Assembly (NCBI GenBank): GCA_016906335.1 | Contig: JADEYG010000003.1 | Location: 62,001-126,000 of the forward strand | Direction of reading: 5' to 3' | Source of the DNA: Novakomyces olei | Lineage: Eukaryota | DNA: 64,000 nucleotides | Shown here: positions 12,201 through 20,741 of the stretch, one piece after another | Position numbering within the stretch: position 1 is the stretch's first letter | Layout: each line of letters opens with the position of its first letter | The notes under the pieces: model-generated | Told to the model about the DNA's origin: nothing | Database searches by the model: none | The model's input: only the letters and a program-made list of their open reading frames with translations | Translations under genes and position numbers: made by a program

Positions 12201-13854
12201 TGTGCCTTTCGTATATTTCCCGGCCTTCAAGGATCGTATCCAGCTCTCCCAATTGAACCCATCCGGTATACAGCACTCCCAAGAAAAGAGCACCTCCACG
12301 TGGGAAGAGGTAGTCTGTTGTGGGCTGCATATTATAAAAAACGCTGCCCATCATAAGCGCATTTACGATGTTTAGGCCCGTTTTGGCTGCGAGTGCGTCC
12401 CTGTCGCCAAGCGTAAGCCAAAGCTGACGTTTTGCACACAGATAAACTTGCCAAGGTAGGGATACGGTGTAAGCAGAAGTAGCAAACCTCGACTTTTCCA
12501 TGTGCAGATAATTTGTCGCCTGCTTTTTATTGTTTTTCGCGTCGGCTACTGGTGCTTCTTTTGCGTACATGGTTATGCTCTCGCGGACTCTGCTATAATA
12601 CTCAGACCCACGGAAAGCCTGAGCCAGAGCTGTGGGAGTAAGCGGCGGTGAGCCGTGGTAAACCCGTTCATTGACGTCTGTTATACCCGTCAGAAAATCA
12701 GCTGCGTTCTGTCCCGGATGACGTACGAAGCCGAGCTGGCAAAAGTATTCTAGAGCCGCTGCAGGTGATCCGTAAAAGATTTCTTCGCCCTCATACAAGA
12801 GCATAATCTTGTCGGTCAGCTCATAAATATCATCAGACGCCTGGTACAGTGTGAGCACAGTCGTCATGTTTCGGCAGTCTGAAAGAACACGCAGACTCTT
12901 CACATAATCAAGCGCAGTTGCCGAGTCGAGACCGCGTGTAGAATTGTCCCAGCACGTTATGGTGGCACGAGTAAGTAAGCTCTCAGCGATAGAGAGCCGT
13001 TTCTTCTCTCCGCCAGAAATGCCACGTATAAATTCGTTGCCCACTGGTGTCGAGTAAATGTGGTCAATACCAAACATTTGCAGGAGAGAGTTTACGGTCT
13101 GATTGATCAAGTGCCGATGCCTCTTTGGCAGTTTAGTAGAGGCAGCAAACTTGAGCGTTCGGCCCACCGAAAGCACGGGAAAATGCTGATCATCGGCACC
13201 GTTGTAGATAACCTCGCTCCTATACTTGCGTGCCATTGTTGTGGCAGAAAGGCCACCGTAACTTATGTTCCCATTAACGGCACCATACTCTGCGTGCTGC
13301 AGGGCTATAGTCCGCAAGAACGTGGAGCAGCCGGCGCCTGGTTTGCCCAGGACAAGCAATATTTCTCCCGGATTGACTACACCACTAATATTGCGAATAA
13401 TAGGCGCTAATTTGGCATTGGTTCCGCCGAAGGGTGAAAGCTTCCGCACTAGATGGTAAAAGTCTAGACCAGAAACCGTAAGCCATATCGCCTTGGCAAA
13501 TGTTTTAGCAGGCACTGAGTGTGTACGCTCGCCAAGCACAGTCAAATCGTCAAAGGAGACTCCAAGAGCATGATCCGAAAATTGTGGGATCTGCTCTACG
13601 AGACGCGTAATTTCACCAAACACTGGCGTAGACTCATACTTTTCAATAGCGTTCGTCACGTGAACACGCGGCTCTTCCACAACCGTGCCCCTGTCGTCGT
13701 CAATTACATCATCGTACTCTTCCTGCGGCCATAAGGAATCGCTGTCCGGCGTGAACCGTTTGCGGGGCTCTGCCGCTATCGCTGTTCCGCTAGACGACGG
13801 GTCGTCTGAGGCAAACAGCGAGCTGCTTGAATGGCTGAAATAAGGTGGAGGCAT
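9280..13854 (-). CDS. Full-size PDR/ABCG-type multidrug ABC transporter (Snq2/Bfr1-like)
   Basis: 1524 aa with NBD-TMD-NBD-TMD order. NBD1 Walker A GKPGAGCST and signature ISGGEKKR. NBD2 GSSGAGKTT and LFLDEPTSGLD. PDR_CDR-type extracellular loops. Confidence 0.96.
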   Translation of the reverse strand: MPPPYFSHSSSSLFASDDPSSSGTAIAAEPRKRFTPDSDSLWPQEEYDDVIDDDRGTVVEEPRVHVTNAIEKYESTPVFGEITRLVEQIPQFSDHALGVSFDDLTVLGERTHSVPAKTFAKAIWLTVSGLDFYHLVRKLSPFGGTNAKLAPIIRNISGVVNPGEILLVLGKPGAGCSTFLRTIALQHAEYGAVNGNISYGGLSATTMARKYRSEVIYNGADDQHFPVLSVGRTLKFAASTKLPKRHRHLINQTVNSLLQMFGIDHIYSTPVGNEFIRGISGGEKKRLSIAESLLTRATITCWDNSTRGLDSATALDYVKSLRVLSDCRNMTTVLTLYQASDDIYELTDKIMLLYEGEEIFYGSPAAALEYFCQLGFVRHPGQNAADFLTGITDVNERVYHGSPPLTPTALAQAFRGSEYYSRVRESITMYAKEAPVADAKNNKKQATNYLHMEKSRFATSAYTVSLPWQVYLCAKRQLWLTLGDRDALAAKTGLNIVNALMMGSVFYNMQPTTDYLFPRGGALFLGVLYTGWVQLGELDTILEGREIYERHRAYAFYRPAAVALGRVLVDIPLLFIQTFLFSIIAYFMCNFQRTAGHFFTYYVFVYVLTLCLTCLYRCAAALSPSFPVAIRYCVAYLDACLVFMGYIIPKNQMLSRVPWFGWFQYLDPIGFAYEAVMANEYSGQLFACTPDAMVPQGPRYTLQHQTCTATGARPGEAFVRGSEYVGLRYGYSAHHIWRNFGIVIAWTVAYIVIEIVALERVRFVHSGPRPLELVRRQKTRDIETRGDTKDNLKVNSTSDTEKATTSPNTKTTNGSSSREEGNKTDNVNGSAKAMTHSGKESVSSRQNRGPASKAIENKAIENKAIDNKAIENKAIENKAIDNLDQPQHVFTWHNLSLTVALPNGDFRRLLSGVNGWAKPGEMIALIGSSGAGKTTLLNTLAQRNSGLGRIEGSILFDGCPLTPAFTRTAAYCEQMDIHDGKASVEEAFVFSAMLRQPAHVSQREKLETVESLLDLLELRDIKDAEIETLQVEEKKRVTIGVELCSRPDCLLFLDEPTSGLDAQSAYNIVRFLRKLADSRQLAIICTIHQPSATLFSLFDRVLALSGGRTVYFGDRGQVPQYLARPSTGNEADMLIDTAHGGKSAHSAADAWQVSAESSAVEQQLCSLEEAKYTVTTKSGKGGDDSREFAASLWTQMYYVTLRLFRNYWRDAEYTFSKVFTACFEAIIVSFTFFRLDASILSVEKILFAAFMIVTIPAALLFTLIAKYTDLRQVYVARERPAKVYHWSAFVTGIVVVELPYGILTATLYWVLWYFPMGMPVAASVSGYSFLMLLTLLIYINSLALAFSMIAPSFAVMSKVVPLILVTYDLFTGVTQRIRLIPVFWRYWMPYLTPMYYYTSGVIGTLLKNRRVECTAMETQRFLIPPGETCTSFAGDWIAGASGYLVNPFGQDSCDYCAYRIGGEYLGQIPIDPGTKWRNFGILLAYVVFNYSLAYIFTWIREHDLLRRISPSHLWRRLRTGRRNK
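11211..11298 (-). repeat. 15-bp coding tandem repeat, (KAI[E/D]N)x6, in the ABC transporter linker
   Basis: TCAATAGCTTTATTT/G repeated six times. Confidence 0.95.
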
Positions 13855-14557
13855 TGCAGAAACAGCTTTGTCCCGGCTCCTGCCTGCTTCAAGCTTGGGA
13901 GCTTCAAGTGCCGCTTCCCGTGGGACTTTGAAAACACTCTAATACGAGAATGTACAAGGGACACAGATGAAAAGTAAATTATGCCGACTCCTTCTCGCCT
14001 TTGTCTCTTCAAACTATTGGAAATAATCGAACCGATCGACTACATCACCGTCCCCAACTGCACGATACACTCTTAAATAAACTTCGTATTTATAGCTTGG
14101 AAATATGGTAAATCAAAATTTTATGTTTAAACACGAAAACCCTATGAATCTTAAACGGGCAGGTGCCCTCCTGTCACTGGCACCTTCCTAATACGTATAG
14201 CTTCTTTGAACTTTAAAGGCAGGTGCCGGCAACGCTGTATGACGATCAATGATTGATTACATAGCGATCCCCACCGCAAGTAACGTTCCAGGCTATATTT
14301 CAGACTATAGTTTGGCGGCGCGGCACAATTTACTAGTGTATAATTTATGCAAATGCCAGCGCGTATTTATGTACGTGTCAATGGAGCTGTTTTGAGCGGT
14401 TTCCCATTAGTTGACCGACGTTTGCAGTGAAACAACGTAATTCTTAGTAGAAGGAACGTCAACCGGTAAGTCAGGGTGATCAAGTCGTTCCGTAATTGGG
14501 TCGTTTCGGTGGCTATACGACGTATATGAGTAGCGTGCAACTGCGTAATTTACCGTC

Positions 14558-14576
14558 TTAGGGTTAGTTAGGGTTA
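14558..14576. promoter_or_regulatory. TTAGGGTTAGTTAGGGTTA telomere-like box, with an extra GGTTAGGGTT at 14592
   Basis: Same motif as at 22267, 52389 and 55062. Confidence 0.5.
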
Positions 14577-14698
14577 TTAGCCTATTTAACCGGTTAGGGT
14601 TCACACAAATTCATATGAAATAAACTTGCCCGTCAATTAATATGTACAACACGACGCGTGCCATTCGGCAACGCGCTCTAAATACAACCAAAAAATAA

Positions 14699-15738
14699 TC
14701 AGGCCTTATAACAAGGCAAATCAGGCACTGCTTCCTGTCGAAACGCCACGGTAATTGGAGCACATATTTTTACTACTCTGCCTGTGCTCAGCTGAAACTT
14801 GAGCTCGAGCGTGTGAGAATGCGAAACCAAACAAGTGGCCGTCGTACACGAGAGATGTTGACGCGAAAAGGAAAGCGGTAAATGCATCGGAGTCTGCGAG
14901 TGAGCCGGCAGCTCAATATCCGTTTTAAAATCGGATATTCTGAGAGCCGATGAAACATGAGTGGTAGCTGTTACGCCTCGATGACGTATATCCGTGTGGC
15001 CAATGATACTAGCGCGACAGGCGACAAGCTGCTGAGCACGGTTTCCGGGAGAAACAATAAGGTTTAGAATATGATCATTTGGAGAGATAATAGCGTCCGG
15101 TAGGACGGCAGTAAAAACTTCAAGAGGCCGAGATCGACGAAAGAAATTGCCCGAGATAATGCCCGACATGAACAGCGTCTCGCTATGGGGAGCTGCCGCA
15201 TTCAAAATAATCGGCGTCTGCTGAATGGTCCGGTCCCCCTTTTGTATTGCTATGTAGTATGATATACGGGATAAAAGATACAGCAAGTGATTTGCATCGG
15301 GATCGAGCGTGGCCGGAAGACTGGTTCCATGCACAGATCCTGAGCAGACACATGCGGCCGTTTGCATATTCAACGGGATTGTGAAGGCGAAATTGCCTAC
15401 TTCATCACACACAATCTGCATTCGTATAAACTAGAATGTAAGCATTAGTCTTGCGTCATTTTGTTGAAGCTTGAAAATTGAAGTTTATTAAATAGAGCTT
15501 AGCAGTATAATGAAATGCTGATTTCTTTATACGCAGATCCTGTCTTTCTCCTTACTTTGTGTATAATCTGACTAGCGGCTATTGTCACAGGAGACAAATC
15601 AACGGTACAAGCTCCGATAAAGCTAATTGTGAAATCCGGTTCTAAACCGTATATTTGGCCGCTCACTGTGTCTCCGGGGAGGTACGATTTCTGTTGCTCC
15701 GTTTCCTGGCGAAGAACCAGGCGGAGTTCATTGTGCAT
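14699..15738 (-). CDS. Arrestin-like (alpha-arrestin N-domain) protein; 2 exons (15738-15556, 15430-14699), about 304 aa
   Basis: Exon 1 MHNELRLVL...YLPGDTVSGQI ends |GTAAGG. Branch site GACTAAT and CTAG| join it in frame to FAFTIP...LPATL...ISYYIAI...SHSHTLELKF. Confidence 0.7.
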
Positions 15739-17438
15739 GATATTTTTGGAGCGGCGATAAAGCGGCCAAACATTCTGTATTGCGTGCGGAGACAGTTTGA
15801 GTGACAGGTTCACGCAAATTTAAAGCTTTAAAGTTAGACAAGACCGCGATGGTTTTTGACTTACCTTATACGTCGCCGACGTATATCTCAGTACTCTAGG
15901 CACTGTATACAAACTCTGAAACTTTTGTCGTGTTATACTCCAACCTGAGTTGGCGTACTAGTTCACTAGAACGTAAGCAATAGGGACAGCAAAACAAAGA
16001 AGAAGAAAAAAAAGCAAAGAAACGTTTGGAAGACAAAAAGTAAAAAAAAGAGCAAGAGTCAGAAATAGCCATTGAAAGATCATGACAGACACATATTAAA
16101 CAAAAAGTGCTGAGTTAATCGTCAAATTGGTTTGCCTACCAGAATCAAAAAGTAAAGTACCAGTGTCCACTTTGCTTTTTGTTTATTCACTCTCTTATCG
16201 GCTGTTGCTTTAACTAAATGAAGCGGTAAACTGACTAGTAAATAGCTTTTCTCTTGTCAAACGTGTTCTTTTCGCCTTCTTGTCGAACGGCCAGCTGTGG
16301 TTTGTCGGAGGTGTCAATTTCAATAACTCTTGGCTTCCTTCGCCAATGCTTTATAGGGCGGAGCCAACTGAATCGTGATTTGCACCTGATAAAATCAGTG
16401 GAGAAATGGACCTTTTAGGGAAGAGATACGGTGCTTAAAGTAATTGTGTTTCCGAAACGATTCATTCAGAATTCTGATCGGACGATAAGACATACTAACA
16501 AGCCTAAGCCTACATTAAAAGAGTCGCTAAAACAACAAACTAAACTTGCTCGACTAAACAGTGATCAACTGCACGTTGTCACAATTAAATTATTGCGAAA
16601 AGAATTGTTCGTTTGCTGAACTCAATTGCTGCTGATGATGTTTGATTATGCTTATACACATTCACCATGGCCCGATTAGGTAGCCGCTGTCATTTGCGGA
16701 GATACGAGATTTCAGTCATATATCTGTCGCTTCCTCTAATATAATGCGCGATAAGAAAAAAACATTAATTCTGTATCGGTACAGCATCATTTATTTTTTC
16801 TTCAGTGTGCTCCAATTAAATAGTAATTTTAACACTAAATTCCTGCCAACGAGGAGTAATTCATTCAGCAACCGTTTGGCCCGCGTCATTGCACGTTTAT
16901 GTGCAATGTAGGCTAAGATATTTGTAATTCAAGTAATACATGCTACCGTCCACCCGGCTAGGGCCAGATGAAGAGCCAATTTGGATTGTATACGAAAAAA
17001 AGCGATGCCATAAAGAAGCGGTACCGTATTTAACGCGCCTTTATTTAACGCACCTTTTAAACACCTAAATCACAAGACAGGGCGTAAGATTGCTTGGTGG
17101 TAAACGAATGATAAGCAATGAGGTAACGGTTATCAAATATATTATTCTTATACTGCCAAAAGGACCTGTCTGCCTATCGCGAACTGGCGCGTTAATTTAT
17201 CGATATACTTAAATTCACTATACATGAAGTTTCCTTTGATCACAGTCGCGTACGACGTATATATTGCTAATACTATAGAGAACTTATTCTGTAAAATGCT
17301 TCTTGTTTTGTGAAAAGATATATTGAAGATTACTTCTACCAGCATTTATAACAGTTAGTGTTAGCGTAAGATAACTAACCCTAAGCCTAACTTATTCTGG
17401 CTTACTATTGCTGAAGACTAGATAGATTGGCTCCAAGA

Positions 17439-17648
17439 TCAGTCACGAGTAACTGTAATAGCGTCAAGTGCCTTGATAAGGATTAAGTTGGCAATAACTC
17501 GCTCACTCATGCCGGACACTGTGCGATCAAGGCGCTCAATAAGGCTGTTAACATTGTCCTCTATATCGTCAAAGCGCTTATTCATAGCTTTACGGATCAG
17601 CATCAGCTCTTGTAGAATTTCGGCACCTATGTCGATTGGACGCTTCAT
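17439..17648 (-). CDS. 69-aa helix/stalk-only homolog of the DUF1773-like gene (ORF2-A)
   Basis: ATG-initiated and open in both duplicate copies. PIDIGAEILQELMLI resembles PIFDQGANILEQLRLL of the full-length gene. Confidence 0.55.
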   Translation of the reverse strand: MKRPIDIGAEILQELMLIRKAMNKRFDDIEDNVNSLIERLDRTVSGMSERVIANLILIKALDAITVTRD

Positions 17649-17910
17649 GGAGCCAGCGAGGAGACTCGAAAGCTATCTGAAATGCAGTATAATAGATATA
17701 AATTGAATTGATAACACGATAATGCTATCGCCTACGTGTATAGTAGGATTATGAGATAGATCCTTAAACTCATGCTGTTTCGAAAACCGCTATTTCGCGT
17801 GTCCATAATTGCGGCCTTGAAAAACCGAATAGGCTTGCTAAAAATAATATATTGCGATCAGTCAGTTCATAATACGAGTAACTTTGATAGTCTTCAAGGA
17901 AAGCAAAACT

Positions 17911-18198
17911 CTATACCTCAATGCGGATATCGTTGGCAACAGCTCGCTCTCTCATGCCAGCCACTGTGCGATCAAGGCGCTCAATTAGTCTGTTAAAATT
18001 GTCCTCCATGTCGTCAAAGCGCTTATCCATATCGTCACAGCGCTTATTCATATCGTCAAAGCGCTTATCGATAGCGTCACAGTGCTTATTCATATCGTCA
18101 AAGTGCTTATCCATACTGTCAAATCCCTTATCCATAGCCTTACCGATCAACTTCAGCTCTCGTAGAATTTCCGCACCTATGTCGATTGAGGGCTTCAT
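17911..18198 (-). CDS. 95-aa helix/stalk-only homolog with 21-nt heptad repeats (ORF1-A)
   Basis: MKPSIDIGAEILRELKLIG, then KGFDSMD KHFDDMN KHCDAID KRFDDMN KRCDDMD KRFDDME. Tandem paralog of ORF2 with a shared upstream AGCTTTCGAGTCTCCTCGCTGGC. Confidence 0.55.
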   Translation of the reverse strand: MKPSIDIGAEILRELKLIGKAMDKGFDSMDKHFDDMNKHCDAIDKRFDDMNKRCDDMDKRFDDMEDNFNRLIERLDRTVAGMRERAVANDIRIEV

Positions 18199-18736
18199 GG
18201 CGCCAGCGAGGAGACTCGAAAGCTATTTTAAGGGCCCTTGATATAAAGCGAGGGTGACTGATTCATATCACTCTCCGTTAATTTGCTTGCTTGACAACAT
18301 GGAACTTATCTCGGGAATCTTCCCATCTCTTTCAATATTTAAATTTATTAATGAAATGATATCTTATCCACCACGCTTTATGTATTTGGGTAGATCATCG
18401 TATTATTTAATAAAAATTTACTTTTAATCTAATATTCTGCTTCCTGCTATCTGATTGAGACCCTCGTAGTATTCTGTTGTCCTACCATCGTGTTTCAAGT
18501 TTTGTCACGTTTTACAAAGAATAGAAATGACCATTTATTAAATTGCTATGCGACGGCCAGATTAAAGGGGGAAAAAACTAATTAGTTAGAAGCTATCTAA
18601 GATATTCATCAATGCCTGATACGCACTGTTTTGGAAAACAAACGAGAGAAACAATTCGAAAAAACAAATGTAAAACAGAATGAAATCAAAATAAAGCAAA
18701 ATAACAGCACCGTCCAATTGAAGCATTCCTAACTGT

Positions 18737-19427
18737 TCAATCAAATTGCATAAAATAGTCCGGAATGGCGAGCAATCCTAGTTGTTTAAGAAGCTTCTTG
18801 ATCTTATGCTGTCTGTTTCCTCTATCGTTAATTCCCAATTCCATCAGAATACGGGAAACCTCAGAGTCTAAAAATTAATGCGAGAAAGATAATCGACACT
18901 TACAATTCAGTCTTAGAACTTCCTCGTATGTAGTAGGAAAGTCTGTGATCGGCTCTCCAGTACTTTTTGACATAAGTGGCTCGATGCGAGACGATACTAA
19001 TTGTGTACGACAATTAATGACTCGCACAGTGCAATTTTGCTCGCTACACAATGTCGCTTAGTAAATATTAATATATATAAAAACTTTACCTCCTCTCGAT
19101 AGAACTTTCGATTTGAGTGAAACGCTCGTTTATTGCCGCAAAGCTCCCATCGTTGGAATCAAACCGGGCTTCCATGAAGTCAAAGCGCCTAGACAAGTCC
19201 TGAAATTGCCTATCGTGGGCCTCCAAGCGCCTAGACAAGTCCTGATATTGCCTATCGTAGGCCTCAAAGCGCCTCTCACTATTTTCGTGAAGCAGCCTCA
19301 ATTGCTCAAGGATATTTGCACCTTGGTCGAAAATCGGCAAATGTAGCAGACCAGAGACAGCCGTTGCTAGTCCATGAATTTGGCCAACAAGGCTAGTAAA
19401 TTCGGGTCGCAAACTGGAAGAATCCAT
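18737..19427 (-). CDS. 202-aa protein: N-terminal helix, heptad-repeat coiled coil, DUF1773/Mug135-like C-terminal domain; exons 19427-19090, 19043-18904, 18867-18737
   Basis: Two canonical GT..AG introns (46 and 36 nt) join in frame to give ...IERSEQNCTVRVINCRTQLVSSRIEPLMSKSTGEPITDFPTTYEEVLRLNYSEVSRILMELGINDRGNRQHKIKKLLKQLGLL...FD*. Family assigned by eye. Confidence 0.8.
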
Positions 19428-20049
19428 GTTGTTTGGTTGTTTGTGGAACAATAGGGTGTGATTTAAAATTGTGTACTGGCTATCGACGTGCGCTATTTTG
19501 TTTTTTAATATTATAAAATGAGGACGCCCATAACTCGGTGTCAGGTTCGCAAATGCGGCCTTTTTTGCATATATATATTTGATCACTATAGGTGTATGGA
19601 CAAGATAGAAGGAGGGCATTTTGGGTACAATAATGTAGAAATCATGCTTTACACACAGGAACGAATTGATGGCAGAATTTGAATCTCGGGTTCTAAAATA
19701 TTTGAAGATTAATCATCCCACGCAATGACACATTGCAACTATTTACGGCGATGAGCATGCCCGGATTCTATTGGCAGGTGCTATCAAGGATTTTCAACTA
19801 AGTGATACAAGCTATTTACTATGATTTGGATATAATATATGCTCATTTTTTCGCTGTTCGAAATTGATCTACTATTCCTTTTTACCACTTGATGTAAATA
19901 TCCCCAAATTAACCAATAATAATTTTATTTATTTACTATTTAGTACTTGAATACAGCTCGTTAGGTTTGCACCTAAACATTATATCTTAATTATTAATAT
20001 AATTAATTAGTAAATTTATTATATATTTAAGATATTATATACTGTTCAT

Positions 20050-20355
20050 TGAAAGGGCCCTAGCTCAACATCGTGTCATGATAATCTAACATTGGGCGGC
20101 CCCCGGTTTATCTCCTTGTAGCCATTTAAACCACTTACTTAAAAGGGATTCTTATTGGAAATGGTATACAAAGGGAACGAAAGATGCATTTGCTCGATCG
20201 CACGTTGTCTATGAAAGGGACCCATTATCCCATAGCTTTACGTAATTTAATATTGATTTTAGTGCTTTGAAACTATTGTTGATTCGAGACGCCGTTATCC
20301 TATAGTTTCGCCTATATTGCAATAGCGCTGCTATCTTGTTTATTTCGATAAGGAC
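20050..20355 (+). mobile_element. Possible degenerate Ty3/gypsy integrase fragment (mirrored at ~30814-31110, minus strand)
   Basis: Across frameshifts: CHDNLTLGG-PG...HLLKRDSYW...AFARS-HV, then PII...FT*FNIDF. This resembles the HHCC zinc-finger region and the start of the integrase core. Confidence 0.35.
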
Positions 20356-20741
20356 TGTGTTGAATTATTTGAAGTTATGTTGAAGTTCGAACGGTTGATA
20401 TTAACTATCTGACTGTAGAAAAGAATGTTAAAGGTCCCCCAAGGTTCAGAGGCGCTGTCAGGGATATATATATATATTATTCAATAATAGATCTGGTAAA
20501 GACAGAATGTAGAAATTAGAGGAGATTTCAGTAAGTAAAGTAGAGACAGAATTATTCATGTAAGACAAGTGATTATTTCAAATAATAGAGTTAAATATAA
20601 GTTATATACTAGCTCATCGATTGGATTTTTTAAGGCTTGGTAGTTGAGAAATTATTCAAAGCAATACTTTTCTATGGCAGCGCTCTATGGAAAATGCAAA
20701 ACGCGAAAAATAAAAACTTAAATGATCAAAAACGATCTGGT

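Larger units (their letters stand above)
17154..20357 (-). repeat. Copy A of a ~3.2-kb inverted segmental duplication (partner 30811-33035)
   Basis: The reverse complement aligns by eye to 30811-33035 at high identity (about 15 differences in a ~210-bp stretch checked), apart from indels. Confidence 0.95.

Noticed and set aside
14452-14472. ACTTACC on the minus strand as the U1 snRNA 5' end
   Set aside because: Not followed by U1 stem-loops or an Sm site that I could identify.
17911-18198. 21-nt repeats as a CRISPR-like array
   Set aside because: The units are directly adjacent with no spacers, they are coding heptads, and the genome is eukaryotic.
19428-19619. N-terminal extension of the 177-aa ORF (MPSFYLV...)
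   Set aside because: Copy B has frame-breaking indels here, the region contains TATATA, and the ATG at 19427 has an A-rich context. It is treated as promoter/5' UTR.
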